From NCBI GenBank assembly GCA_002269645.1, contig NIVC01001281.1:231302-295301 (forward strand): a DNA stretch of 64,000 nucleotides. The letters are read 5' to 3'. Each line of letters begins with the position of its first letter. Position 1 is the stretch's first letter. The stretch is from Macrostomum lignano. Its lineage: Eukaryota. The notes beneath the pieces are model-generated. The model was not told the origin of the DNA, made no database searches, and saw only the letters and a program-made list of their open reading frames with translations. Below are positions 1 through 13,878 of the stretch, piece by piece. The position numbers and the translations under genes were made by a program.

Positions 1-200
1 GCAGTGCATAACACACTGAGGGGGGCAGTGCATAACACACTGAGGGGGGCAGTGCATAACACACTGAGGGGGGCAGTGCATAACACACTGAGGGAGCAGT
101 GCACAACACACTGAGGGCACAGTGCATAACACACTGAGGGAGCAGTGCATAACACACTGAGGGAGCAGTGCATAACACACTGAGGGCACAGTGCATAACA
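1..200. repeat. 23-24-bp minisatellite (XRN1 intron)
   Basis: GCAGTGCATAACACACTGAGGG(G/A) tandem. Confidence 0.9.
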
Positions 201-226
201 CATTTGCAGTTACTAAGGACGCTCAC

Positions 227-3200
227 AGGCCCGGATGCCGATGATGGTTCCCAGACTGTCAAGCGGCGGGCCCGTCCCCGGCCGGCAGAGGACCACGCGG
301 TCCTTGAGGCGGTGGACAGCGGCCGGGTCGGGCTGGCAGTGCTTGGTGTCGGACTGGCAGCGGTACAGGTGGCCAGCCGGGATCTCCGTGGCGGACACGT
401 CCGACTTGGGCAGTTTGGGCAGCTGGGAGTCCAGAGCCTGGCGGATGAGGCTGACGGAGCGCCCAGACAGGATGCTGCTGCCGACAGGCACCCGCTCGGC
501 TCCGTAGCACGGCAGGCTGCGCAGGAACTCCGTCAGGCGCTCAACAGGCGGCTCGGCCCCGCCCCAGATCTGCTCGGCTGACAGGTCGCCAGTGTCCGAG
601 CCGTGCTTGCCTGCCAGACAGCGGAACAGCTCGGGAAATTCAGCAGCATAGTCGCACAGCACCTGGGCCAGCGACGGCGAGTACTGCCAGCCCATGGAGG
701 CGTCCTTGCGGGTCCAGCCGGCCACCTCCTGTCCGGGGGTGGGGTGAGTTTTTTTTGCATAGTTACTATATAGGTCTTAATTTCAAGCCCAGGTATGAAG
801 ACAAGCCCGGACTCACCTGCTCAGCCCGGTTGAACTTCAGCTCCAGTCCAATGTTCAACCGGCGGCTGCGGGTGTCCGTCGCCGACGAGCTGACGTTGGC
901 GTCCAGGTCTGATGGCGAAAGCGGCTTCTTCGGCTGCTGCGGCAGAGTGACCAGCACCGTGCCGGTGATGCGGGACACCAGGTGGCCGGAGAAGCCTGCG
1001 GGTTGTTTGTGGGAACAGGGGCGGATTCCATTGGGGTTCGGTTGTAACAGGGGCGGATTCCATTGGGTTCGGTTGGAACAGGGGCGGATTCCATTGGGTT
1101 CGGTTGAAACAGGGGCGGATTCCATTGGGTTTGGTTGGAACAGGGGCGGATTTCATTGGGTTCGGTTGGAACAGGGGCGGATTTCATTGGGTTCGGTTGG
1201 AACAGGGGCGGATTCCATTGGGTTCGGTTGAAACAGGGGCGGATTCCATTACGTTTGGTTGGAACAGGGGCGGATTCCATTAGGTTTGGTTGGAACAGGG
1301 GCGGATTCTGAGAAAATTTTGAGGCGCACCTGTTCTCTGAGCCAGGGCCTGGGCAGACAGGAAGCAGTCCTCGGAGTCCACCACGCTGAGGTCGGGCTGC
1401 CGCCTCACCCTGAGCTGCAGGCGCACCTTGGTCTGCTTGAAGCCCAGCACCGGGCCGCTCATGCCGTACCAGTTGCCCTTGGCAACGAACGCCAACTCGC
1501 CAACCGGCAGCACGTCCTCCATGCGCAGGGCGGGCCCGGACTCCGGCACCGCCTCTGGCAGGCAGCGCTGCAGCACGAAGGGCAGCGCGCCCTGCGACCA
1601 CTGGGGCCGCTTGCGGGCGGTGCCGTCCCGGTCGAAGTCCAGCACACGGCCCAGCAGCGTCTTGGCGGTCAGCAGACAGGGCGTCTCGTCTGGAGCGGGG
1701 AAGGGGCAGCTGTGAGCCCACGGGGATTTGGGGCAGCTGTGAGCACACTGGGGATTTGGGGCAGCTGTGAGCACACTGGGGATTTGAGGCAGCTGTGAGC
1801 ACACTGGGGATTTGAGGCAGCTGTGAGCACACTGGGGATTTGAGGCCGCTGTGAGCACATTGGGGATTTGAGGCCGCTGTGAGCACATTGGGGATTTGGG
1901 GCAGCTGTGAGCACATTGGGGATTTGGGGCAGCTGTGGGCACACTGACCACTGATGATTCCAGGCAGCTGTGAGCACACTGATGATTTCAGGCAGCTGTG
2001 AGCACACTGGGGATTTCAGGCAGCTGTGAGCACACTGGGGATTTCAGGCAGCTGTGAGCACACTGGGGATTTCAGGCAGCTGTGAGCACACTGGGGATTT
2101 CAGGCAGCTGTGAGCACACTGGGGATTTCAGGCAGCTGTGAGCACACTGGGGATTTCAGGCAGCTGTGAGCACACTGGGGATTTCAGGCAGCTGTGAGCA
2201 CACTGGGGATTTCAGGCAGCTGTGAGCACACTGGGGATTTGGGGCAGCTGTGAGCACACTGGGGATTTCAGGCAGCTGTGAGCACACTGATGATTTCAGG
2301 CAGCTGTGAGCACACTGGGGATTTCAGGCAGCTGTGAGCACACTGGGGATTTGGGGTAGCTGTGAGCACACTGGGGATTTCAGGCAGCTGTGAGCACACT
2401 GGGGATTTGGGGCAGCTGTGAGCACACTGGGGATTTGGGGCAGCTGTGAGCACACTGGGGATTTGAGGCAGCTGTGAGCACATTGGGGATTTGAGGCAGC
2501 TGTGAGCACACTGGGGATTTGGGGCAGCTGTGAGCACACTGGGGATTTGAGGCAGCTGTGAGCACATTGGGGATTTGAGGCAGCTGTGAGCACACTGGGG
2601 ATTTCAGGCAGCTGTGAGCACACTGGGGATTTCAGGCAGCTGTGAGCACACTGGGGATTTCAGGCAGCTGTGAGCACACTGGGGATTTGGGGCAGCTGTG
2701 AGCACACTGGGGATTTGGGGCAGCTGTGAGCACACTGGGGATTTGAGGCAGCTGTAGATAGCAAGATCCCAGGCACTCACCGCCAACGGAGATGCCGTAC
2801 CGGTTCCAAGACTCCTGCCGCACCAGATCCCACTGGCTCTTCATGAGTGCTGCGTCCCTGTCGGAGAGCTGCTCGCACTGGATGGCGCCGTCCGCGCCGA
2901 GCGTGTAGCGCCGGGTGGTTGAGCTGACGGCCACCGCGTGCACCTCGCTGAGGTGCGGCCAGCCGGCCAGCACAGTTTTGCCCAGCAGGGCGGCGGCCGC
3001 CCGCTGCACCCGGTCTTTGTCGAACTCGCAGTCAGTAAGGGTGAGCACGGTGTTCTCGCCCCGGCTGGCGAACTGGAACACCTTCACGCCGGCTTTGCGC
3101 AGCTCGGCGGTGAATGGCAGGCCGCGCAGCACGGGAAAGCCGGGCAGGTGGGCGGCGCGGCACACGGGCGGCGCCAGTTTGTCGGCGCTAATCCGAAAAC

Positions 3201-6200
3201 CGAACGGCTCGATCTCGGTGCGCCTGCAGTTGCGGCTGGCCGGGTCCCACTGGAACAGCAGGTGCGGCCGGAAGCAGTTCCTGGCCCGCTCCTCATCGGT
3301 GAGCTGCGGCAGGCGGGGCCGCATGGCCGCCAGCAGCTCGTCCTCGTCAATGAATGGGATCAGCACCACGGCCTCCCAGTCCTGCTTCTTGCCGTTCAGG
3401 TCGGTCTCGAACTCGGCCGGGTAGAACTGCTGCACGGGCGAGTCGACCGAGTCCATGAGCGGCCGGAGGCAGTCGGGCAGCAGGGGGCCGCTGGCCGCGG
3501 GCAGGACGGCCATGAGCTGCTGGAAGGGCAGAAACGGGTGGCCGAGGTCGAACTGCAGGTCCAGGTCCGCGAAGTCGCGCACGTCCGAGATGTAGCTGAA
3601 GATCGGTGGGTTGGAGGAAGCCTTTTGGGGTCGGGAATTTAAAAACCACCGAGCAATGTAAAACATGTCCACCCGGATCCTCTACCAGGATCTTTCAACA
3701 GGATCCTCCACCCGGATCCTCTACCCGAATCTTTCAACAGGATCCTCCACCCGGATTCTCAATTCCGGATTATCTACCTGGATCTTTCAACAGGATCCTC
3801 CAGCTGGATCCTCTACCAGGATCTTTCAAAAGGATCCTCCACCCGGATCCTCTACCCGGATCTTTCAACAGGATCCTCCACCCGGATTCTCAATTCCGGA
3901 TTATCTACCAGGATCTTTCAACAGGATCCTCCACCCGGATTCTCAATTCCGGATTATCTACCAGGATCTTCCAACAGGATCCTCCAGCCGGATTCTCAAT
4001 TCCGGATTATCTACCAGGATCTTCCAACAGGATCCTCCAGCCGGATTCTCAATTCAGGATTATCTACCTGGATCTTTCAACAGGATCCTCCACCCGGATT
4101 CTCAATTCCGGATTATCTACCAGGATCTTCCAACAGGATCCTCCAGCCGGATTCTCAATTCAGGATTATCTACCTGGATCTTTCAACAGGATCCTCCACC
4201 CGGATTCTCAATTCCGGATTATCTACCAGGATCTTCCAACAGGATCCTCCACCACCACCATGATACTAAACCAGGATATTTCACCCGGATCTTCCACATA
4301 GATCCTCCACACGGATCCTCCACCAGGATCTTTCACCCATGATCCTTCACAAGGAAACTTCCAAAACTCTGGACCCGGATCACCGTAACCCGGTCAATTT
4401 CTATGCGAGGGAACAAGGATAGCTGAGAGCTTTTAAATGTGTACAACGCAAACCTTTTTACACATACTACAAAGAGATTAGCTCGATAGTGTTCTCTTCT
4501 TGCTACTATTAGTAGGCGATCTCTAATAGGCCAGCTACACAAAATAGCAGAGAGCCACTCACGGAGCGTAGTGCTGCGGGTAGAACCAGCCCCACGAAGG
4601 CACGCCCCTGTAGTAATAGTACAGCACCCACTGCAGGCCGCGCACGTACTCTCGGGTCTGCCGACGGCGCTCTGTCTCGTCGAATTGCAGGCCCATCTTG
4701 CCCTGCACGAATTGAGAAAACATGATCATGAATTTAGTTCGCACAAGCCTACTTACAGTAGAAACATAGGGATTTCACTATCGGAACTACACTGACCTGA
4801 TAGTACTCCTGCTTCATCATCTGCATCTCGTCGGCGAGGAAATCGTCCTCACTGGTGGAGTCCGAGTCCTCGGTCCCGGCGCTGTTGCCGCTGGCCCCGT
4901 CGGCCAGGAGGTTGTCCAGCAGGTCGGGCGGCTGGCCGAGCCGCTCCAGCTCGCGCGCCATCCGCTCACCTTGGCGGCCCTTCATCCAGCGCATGTCGCT
5001 GCACTTCTCGCGCAGGGTGTCGTCGTCGAACTGGGCCAGGGTGGCGAAGTAGGCCTGGGGGGGGGGGGGGGGGGTGGGGAGACTGAGGGCTGCCGCACTT
5101 CAGGTATCGGGACTTCTGTCTGGCTGCAGTGTGACAGGGAATTCTATCTGGCTATAGAGCAGGGGAATTCTATGTTGGTTATAGGACAGTGGAATTCTAA
5201 AATGCTAACGTAGGACAGGGGAATTCTATAATGCTAATGTAGGATAGGGGAATTCTAAAATGCTAACGTAGGACAGGGGAATTCTAAAATGCTAGCGTAG
5301 GACAGGGGAATTCTAAAATGCTAACGTAGGACAGGGGAATTCTAAAATGCTAACGTAGGACAGGGGAATTCTAAAATGCTAGCGTAGGACAGGGGAATTC
5401 TAAAATGCTAACGTAGGACAGGGGAATTCTAAAATGCTAACGTAGGACAGTGGAATTCTAAAATGCTAACGTAGGACAGCGGAATTCTAAAATGCTAACG
5501 TAGGACAGGGGAATTCTAAAATGCTAACGTAGGACAGCGGAATTCTGTAATGCTAATGTAGGATAGGGGAATTCTATAATGCTAATGTAGGACAGGGGAA
5601 TTCTATAATGCTAATGTAGGATAGGGGAATTCTATAATGCTAATGTAGGATAGGGGAATTCTATAATGCTAATGTAGGATAGGGGAATTCTATAATGCTA
5701 ATGTAGGACAGGGGAATTCTTTAATGCTAATGTAGGACAGGGGAATTCTATAATGCTAATGTAGGACATAGGAATCCTATAATGCTAATGTAGGACAGGG
5801 GAATTCTATAATGCTAACGTAGGACAGGGGAATTCTATAATGCTAATGTAGGACAGGGGAATTCTATAATGCTAATGTAGGATAGGGGAATTCTTTAATG
5901 CTAATGTAGGACAGGGGAATTCTATAATGCTAATGTAGGACAGGGGAATTCTATAATGCTAATGTAGGACAGGGGAATTCTATAATGCTAATGTAGGACA
6001 GGGGAATTCTATAATGCTAATGTAGGATAGGCTAATTCTATAATACTAACGTAGGATAGGCGAATTCTATAATGCTAATGTAGGACAGGGGAATTCTATA
6101 ATGCTAATGTAGGACAGGGGAATTCTATAATACTAACGTAGGATAGGCGAATTCTATAATGCTAATGTAGGACAGGGGAATTCTATAATGCTAATGTAGG

Positions 6201-9200
6201 ATAGGGGAATCGGACACACTAAACATGTCTCTCTACTTTCCCAGCAATCAAAAGCAGTTGCGCACCTGCAGCCGGTGCAGGGCAATTTCTCCATTGCACT
6301 GCAGGTAGCCATCTAAAGTGGGAAGCACTTTCTTGTAGGTGTTCCACAGCATCGGCAGGGCCTCTGAATGGATGTGCAGATCCGGAAGGTGAGGCAGGAA
6401 GTCGTTGCCAACCAGGAAGCCGAGCAGCACCCAGTCGTCGATGATTCGCTCGAGATCGTAGCCGAATTTGAGGTCGGCTCGGAGGCTGCGAAACTCGATG
6501 TCGATGTAGTCGCGTAGCAGTGACAGGTGCAGCAGGAAGAAGGTGATGGTCTCCGGGGCGCTGGCCTTGCCGTGAGACTTCTTGTCCTTTTTGCCGCCGA
6601 ACCGAACCTGCAGAGGAGAGAGCGATCTTTCTTAGGTATTTGTAAATTGAATTCTAACTGAATTTCTCTGAAATACTCTATTTACTTTGCTTACTACTCA
6701 TCGCCAGTTGTCAGTAGCCTGCTGAGGATATAAAAATTTATTTTTGGAGACTCGAAATTTAAAGTTAATCAAGAGTGATAGAACCCACTTGCTCCTAGAC
6801 TCTGCTTTAGCCTACTTTTAGACATATTTAGCGCGAATTACTATCGAAGTTTGCGATGAGATCAGACCTGTCAGTTATGGCCATAGACTAAGCTCTTAAA
6901 GCACCGAAACAATGAAAACACTCGAGTTAAAAGTTGCATATCTAGGGGGTCTACAGAATTCTGAAGTGCACGAATTGCCTACTGCTCACCTCCTCTCTGA
7001 GCAGCGAGAAGTGCGCCTGATGGCTGGCCAGGCCCAGCATGATGAGGTCAGCGTCCAGGCCGTACAGGCAGTGCCGGGTGTCGGGGTCATAGTCCGGCAG
7101 GCTGCGCTCATAGCGAATGAACTCCATGATCTTGTGCTCACCCTCGCCGGGAGTCTGGTGGCCAGACAGCACAACCCGGATGCCGCGCCACAGCGGGTCC
7201 TCGGCCACCTTGCGCTGGGCAAACTCGGTCAGGGCGTCCTGCAGGCGGGCCATGAATGGCGTGCCCGGCGTGATGCAGTTCGAGTCGAAGCGGGACTCGG
7301 ACGGCAGCGTCTCGCCTTTGCGGATGGCCCGCGCCTCCTGCGACTCGGCCTCCTTGGCTGAGCGGAACCGGCGGGACCGCTGCTGGTTCATCTTGGCTCT
7401 GGGGGCGAGCGGGGGCGAGCGGGGGGAGAAACTTGGGATTCTTTGACAGACATGGGATATTGGGATCACTGACTGACATGGGATATTCGGATCAGCTGAC
7501 TGACATGGGATATTGGGAACAGCTGACAGGCATGGGATATTGGGATCAGCTGACAGGCATGGGATATTGGGATCAGCTGACAGACATGGGATATTGGGAA
7601 CAGCTGACAGGCATGGGATATTGGGATCAGCTGACAGACATGGGATTTTTGGATCAGCTGACAGGCATGGGATATTGGGATCAGCTGACAGGCATGGGAT
7701 ATTGGGATCAGCTGACAGGCATGGGATATTGGGATCAGCTGACAGACATAGGGATCTTAGAACAAACTGAGAGAAATGGGATCTTGGGATCAGGAACATG
7801 GGGATCTTCCACGTTGCATATAAAGCAGCAAACACAAAAATTACCTGGGAGCAACGCCATCAACGGCCATGAAGAACACTTTTTTAGGCTTGATCATGCG
7901 AAAGATGAAATCTACATAGTTCATCACATTCTTGAACATCTGCTCCTCGGACATGCGGAAGTGAATATTGTCATCCTCGGGATGCGAGCACGGGTGAATG
8001 ATGCCGTTCATGTCCAGGTAGAGATTGTCAAACTCCGGGATCTGAGCAGTTAATGTGGTTTAAAATTGCTAATTTTTTACTCATGACCACTTGAGCATTG
8101 AGCAGACTTTACTGTGCCTTCATTATTGCATTTGATAATCTGCTGCTCACAGACTGATAAACTCATGAACAAAGAGCAGGCATTTGGCTCACCCGACTCT
8201 TAGTTTTACACATTGCGAGGATAAAAATTACCTATGAGTAGTTTGTTAACTAGAAAGATAGTGGGATCAGCTGGGATGGGATCAGTTGATATCAGTGATA
8301 TGACAGATCAGCTGAGGAGGCTAAGACCATGGCACAATTCAAATGCTAGTGCTTAAATTCTGAAGACAATAAAATATCAATCAGTTTTTCAAATATGCTG
8401 CTTTATTGCCTTAATATCATCATATTGCCAATGACAAGACAAAGTTGTTATCAAATATTAAGTGCTACTGCTAGTAGCTATAAATATATTTTAAAGTGTT
8501 GGCAAGCACCCTGAAACAAAGACATTATTCCATAACTAGTCTAAGGCCAATTTTGCCCATATGAGCACATAAGGGTATGTGGTTATTATATCCTGGCCAG
8601 CACTCATCCACACTCACATAGGGTATACAATGGCCCTGACACCCCCCTTAGACAAAGACTAGAAAAAATCAAAGGGGAGACCAAGCAAATTTTTACAAAA
8701 AAACAAAGCTACCTCTTTGCCTCCTTTTCAAGTCTTTACCTTCCAGAATCAGCTTCCAGTCAATTCAACAACAAGCCAATTTGGCAACAACCAATTTGGC
8801 GAATGCTAAAAGCTAAAGCATTAAGCTACTGCAACTCATTGAATTCTATATATCTATATATAAACATTGCCTTTTGCCTTTACCATTCTATGCTTAGGTG
8901 CAACCTAGGGATTCACCCAGCCATTTCTATTAGCAACACATATGTAAATTGCTATTGGACAAAATAGTAGTCATGTGACTACTCTTAGCCAACAGTGACT
9001 TACATGTATATGTTGTCAATCGAAATGGCAAAATGATTCCCAAGGTTAAGTATGTATGTGCCATTAAATATAGAAAAATGGTTTTAATCATGTCAAATTG
9101 TATGTTTTCAAAAATATATATAACATTTTATACTTTCTAGAGATAGGGTGCTGATCATTTTGGCAAAAGACCATTTTAGAGAATCTATTATGCAAATAAA

Positions 9201-10776
9201 ATGACCATTTTGGCAAAGCCTATGGAGCTTAACAAAACATTTGTTTACAAAACAAGACAATGGACTGCTAGCATGAGTTTATCTCTAATAGAGAAATTAA
9301 TATCCATTTCTTATAATTAAGTGATAATAAGAGTGGACTGACTATATAATATGTTAAGAAAGTATAACAAAGGCGATAAAAGTTGTAACAATTTTGAGTA
9401 CTTAATTTTGAGTTGTAGCTAGTAATTCAATACTTTTAATTTAACATTCAATTATATAAAGTTAAATAAACTATATTAAATGTTTTGTTTGCTGAAGTAG
9501 TCATTGCATTTGCCAAAGTAGATTCTTCAAAATGGTCTTTCATTAAAGTGGGCTTTGCAGATGTAGGCTTTTGCTGAAATGGACTGAAACCACAGAGACA
9601 TAGGCACTAGCATATGCTGGGGGATACATGGCCATGTATACTATTTTCCTATCTGACCCAACATATTAGCCATAGTGTGGATCATGCTAAGTGCACGCGA
9701 GAAATGACCCAAAGCTAATTCCCAAAAGCACGCCGACGACAAGCGAATGCACACCGATGCATGCCAATAAATTAAAATTCAAATTGAAGACAAAAAACGT
9801 ATTTTAAATTGCATTGTGTAAAACAAAGCAACAAATGACGTACAAAAGAAATGATATATCTTTAAAAACATGTATTTTTTCATACAATAATTCATTTAAC
9901 AGTCTTATACACTGTTTATTTACAATAGTTTTTTTCAAAAGTTAAATACAATAATACGTATATTATGTCTGCTTACCATTGCATTGGCAGCTTTGCCACA
10001 TCAGGTGCCAGGCACGCGGCACGCGGCGCATGCCAGGCACGCCAGTATATTTATGTAGTGTGCATTATGCACGCCAAATGCATGCCACTTACCTAATTGC
10101 ACGCCGGTGCACACCACTTTTGAAAATGCACGCGGGAAAATTCTCGCGTGCACTACATGATCTACACTATGGCATATTAGGCTTAAATACTTTGACGGTT
10201 ATTTAGCATTTGTTGAGAAAAAAATGCCACTAAATTACTACTGATTGCTAGCAACTTGCTGGTGGCTTTCTGAGAGGGACATTTTGTGCTTGTTACTTGT
10301 ATCTCAACATTAGTTTTACTAAAATACATTTTACATTTAAAACTGACAAAAGGCATGTTGCCAAATTGACTATCACTGAATTGATTTGTCACCAAATTAA
10401 CTGGTTCCCTTAGAATCTGCCCCCCCCCTCAAAAAACTTTTGGTTGTGCTACTGCTTTGAGCTACCTATAATGGTATCAAAATCCTGGTAGTAGAAGTAA
10501 AAATTATTAGCCTAGGCCTAATCAAAAATAGTAGGCCTAATACATCATATTTGTTTTATGAATAATGCATCAGCTATAAGTACATTTTTGCAAGTATGTA
10601 GACCTAAATAATAATACTAATATGATCCTAAAAGCCAAAAATATTTATATTAATAAAACAAAATATTTGTACAAAAACTGAAGTCAGAGACTCAAAAATA
10701 CCTCATGTTCTCGAACAATTTCTGACAGACATGGATATCGCTCGCTTATCCATCTGAAAAACTTGGGCACACCCAT
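227..10776 (-). CDS. XRN1: 5'-3' exoribonuclease 1, 10 exons, 3'-partial (continues beyond position 1)
   Basis: Exons (-): 10776-10702, 8041-7855, 7398-6990, 6607-6266, 5054-4797, 4702-4563, 3595-2781, 1689-1330, 995-817, 728-227. All introns are GT-AG with consistent phases. Motifs: [118 protein letters not shown]. About 1089 aa lie in the window. Confidence 0.96.
1012..1310. repeat. 31-bp minisatellite (XRN1 intron)
   Basis: GAACAGGGGCGGATTCCATTGGGTTCGGTTG tandem. Confidence 0.9.
1710..2757. repeat. 28-bp minisatellite (XRN1 intron)
   Basis: GGGGATTTCAGGCAGCTGTGAGCACACT tandem. Confidence 0.95.
3665..4345. repeat. Complex GGATCC-rich tandem repeat (XRN1 intron)
   Basis: Recurrent CAGGATCCTCCACCCGGATTCTCAATTCCGGATTATCTAC variants. 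Confidence 0.85.
5185..6210. repeat. 29-bp minisatellite (XRN1 intron)
   Basis: AGGACAGGGGAATTCTATAATGCTAATGT tandem. Confidence 0.95.
7432..7800. repeat. 27-bp minisatellite (XRN1 intron)
   Basis: GGGATCAGCTGACAGGCATGGGATATT tandem. Confidence 0.9.
9670..10172. mobile_element. MITE, hAT-like, in XRN1 intron 1
   Basis: About 35-bp imperfect TIRs (CCATAGTGTGGATCATG...GTGCACGCGAGAA and its reverse complement); 8-bp TSD CATATTAG at 9662-9669 and 10173-10180. Confidence 0.8.
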
Positions 10777-11455
10777 GATTCAAAATTTAAACTCTGTTTG
10801 TTGTTGAATTAAAAAGCAGCAATCAAGTTGAAGACTTTGTGAGCAGTCCTATGCCAGGTTCAGGTAAAACTACAGCAAGTAAAATCGTAATAAGATAAAT
10901 AATATCTTTAACGCCTCAACCTGTACGAAAATTATTTAAAATTGATGTAATCAAAAGCGAAAAGATATCTGCGTAGACAACGCTTTAGAAACAAATGTTT
11001 AAAAATAAAACTTGTGCAGAGTAGTAAAAAACCATAATTTTACTTATTTTGCCCAAAAATAAATTTTGCAGAAAGGCAGTGTTAAAAATGTGCCAGTCTT
11101 TACATAAAGTAAAACAAGTGTTAAATGCTAAGTAGTGTATACTTTAGTTTTATTACTTTTTAGTATAAGAATTACTTTAAAAAATTCTACTGAACAATAC
11201 TTGCAGAACTCTTACTCTTTATGTTGACTATTACTTAACTTTCTTGGAAAAGTATTTTCGAAAACAATACACTACGGAGATAGGGAGTTTTATTTTTTTC
11301 AGCACAAAAATGGTTACTGATTCCGATAAGAGGCCGACCCAGTGTTTATCCTTTGATATGTTGTGCCTTTCATATAGCTCAATTGATATTCAAAAATCTT
11401 TTCGTTCAGAATATTAAGATTCTATGTTTATTTTATAGGCCCCCTATCCAATTCC

Positions 11456-11865
11456 GGCAATGTCCTAGTTTCCCGCGTTAAATTATTTTGACCCGATTTT
11501 TGTCGTTTTCAGCACAAATCATGGCTGGATGACCTCGAGCACTGCAAATATCATACCTCCTGCTAATTTGCAGCCATCAACTGACCTCTGTGACATTGAG
11601 ATCAGTCACTGCGATCTGGTGCTGTTGACACTTGACAGTTGATGCTGAGTCGACTATGCATTGGCTGGCAACCTATCATCTAATAGCAAACTCATGGAAC
11701 TGCAGCCACCGTCAGGAAGCTTTCTGTACTGGCTGACACATTACTACACCGTGTAATACTCCTTTTAAGACCTAAGACTCATTTTAAACTTAATAAACTT
11801 GCTTTTGTTTGTTCATTTTAAATTTCAGGTCAAAATAATTTAATGGGTGAAACTAGGACATTGCC
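11456..11865. mobile_element. MITE with GG-starting TIRs (Merlin- or hAT-like)
   Basis: About 40-bp TIRs GGCAATGTCCTAGTTTC...TTAAATTATTTTGACC; 8-bp TSD CCAATTCC at 11448-11455 and 11866-11873. Confidence 0.82.
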
Positions 11866-13005
11866 CCAATTCCTTACATAACAAAAACATACAATTCTAC
11901 ATGTCCTGTGCCTAAAAACTATTAAAATGGCACAGCTTGGCTTGTTTGGTTTTAGGAATCTATTTATCATTATGAGCTGACTGTTTGATGTTTAATAATA
12001 TATATAATAGGGACAACTAAAACTACCAGGACGTGAAACAAGCCATATCATGGCAAAAAGTTTGTTCATTCTTCTATGGTCCTATAGCTGAGATACTTTA
12101 ATTAGATTGAAAAATAAAATTAGAATTGGTGCAGAAATGTTGTGAAATTTTTTCTTATATAACTAGCAAGTCGTAGTAGAACCCTTGCTGTACCTGTACA
12201 GAGCCAAATGTGTTTTATTAAAATTCTGAATAGGCCCTAATATAAACAAAATGGTGTACAATAGTACAATACTTGTGGCGAATGGTCATAACAAAGTATA
12301 AAAGAACAAAGACATAAAAAAGAATAAAAACTTATAAGAAAAAGTGGTATATGTATGTTTGAAGCAAGGCAACTTTTAACAAGTGCCTTACCAAGCCTTT
12401 AAAAATGTTTATAAATCTTTGAGTGACATTATCGATAGTAGTAGACTTCTTTTTAGTGGGAAGGTAAGCCTTAGTACTTGCCAAGAGAAAAGAATAATTT
12501 TTGCACATGAGTCGCGTGTGTTGGTAAGTAAATAATAAAGTAGCTATAACATAAATATAAAAAATTGAATAGCCATTGATAATTTGACAAAGATGACACC
12601 GTTTTCCATAGGCCCCCTATGATACTTTTTCTATAAATTCCCTTGCAAGAATGCTCTTATCAAAAATAATATCTATTCCATTGATGATTGATACCCTCCT
12701 TTGCAGTTGCATGTCTTTTAATAGCAAAAGAGTTATTTTTCAAAATTGAAACCATTTTACATGGGAGCCTCTATAGGCCAATGGTTCTTATAAATGCTCA
12801 TATGCACTGTTATGATCTAAAATAATTATTTTAGTCAATTTTGAGGAAACAATTGCATAATGCTTTGAAATTGACTGGGAGATTTATCTCAATAAAATTT
12901 GGCAATGCCATTTTCTGACGCTTATATGAATTGGGCTTAGTTGGAAAAGAAAAGATTCTTGTTCATTTAGTTTTAGAGTTATAGTTTGATCTGCATCCCA
13001 GATGC

Positions 13006-13878
13006 TAGAGCTCGAACGGGATCCCAATCTCAAATTCTTGGGATCCCGAAGATTTTTCGGGAATTCGGGATCGGGATCCCGAAGGCTTAGAGAACTCGGG
13101 ATTCGGGAGCACAATAGATTAATAATGAAGATGATGCTTTCAACAATCAAGAGCAGTAATCAATACTAAGCTAATTTTTGTAACAGCAACTATAAATATG
13201 TTGAAAGTCTGACCTTGAATTCACCAAATAAAGCAGCAGATTTTTACTTAGTAACAGATTTGTAAAGAGTTGTACTCGTAAATAACGAACTAACGAGTAG
13301 GCCTAATGATAGTTTGTTAGAAATAAACAAATTTAATGCTTGTTCCTACGATTCCTATGACAGAAACTAAAGTGTCTATAGAAGTGTCTGAATAAGTGTC
13401 GGCAAATGTTTAATATGTTTTTCATGAAGAGATTCCAGAAACAGAATTTTACAAGAAAAAAGCAGTATAACTAATGCAATTCAATATTACATTAATGCAG
13501 AACAGTCGCCTTTCGTGCAATTTTTAGCCACCTTGTAACTCTTACTTTCAGAAAAAGTCTACAATGGCTCTTGATTCCTTTTTATTTAGGCGCTCGAAAG
13601 TTAGCTATACTTTGCAAAAAGGGTCTGGATCAAGAATTGACAATTAGTATTGACTATTAGGGCATTAGGCTAGAGCTATTAGATCAACCATCAAGGCTGA
13701 ATAGCATAGATAGTCAGATAAAACTATCCTTGAATCCTTGATTCATTAGTTAGTATGTAATATATTCCCAGATCCCGGATTCCCAAATCCTGAATACTAA
13801 TCCCGAATCCCGATCCCGAAATTATTTTCAATCCCAATCCCGCCCGATCCCGAAAATTCTGCTCCCGTTTGAGCTCTA
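13006..13878. mobile_element. Non-autonomous hAT element
   Basis: TIR TAGAGCTC(G/A)AACGGGA with subterminal GATCCCG repeats; 8-bp TSD CCAGATGC at 12998-13005 and 13879-13886. Confidence 0.85.

Noticed and set aside
8745-10415. Possible old TIR element enclosing the 9670-10172 MITE
   Set aside because: The inverted similarity is patchy and the TSD imperfect.
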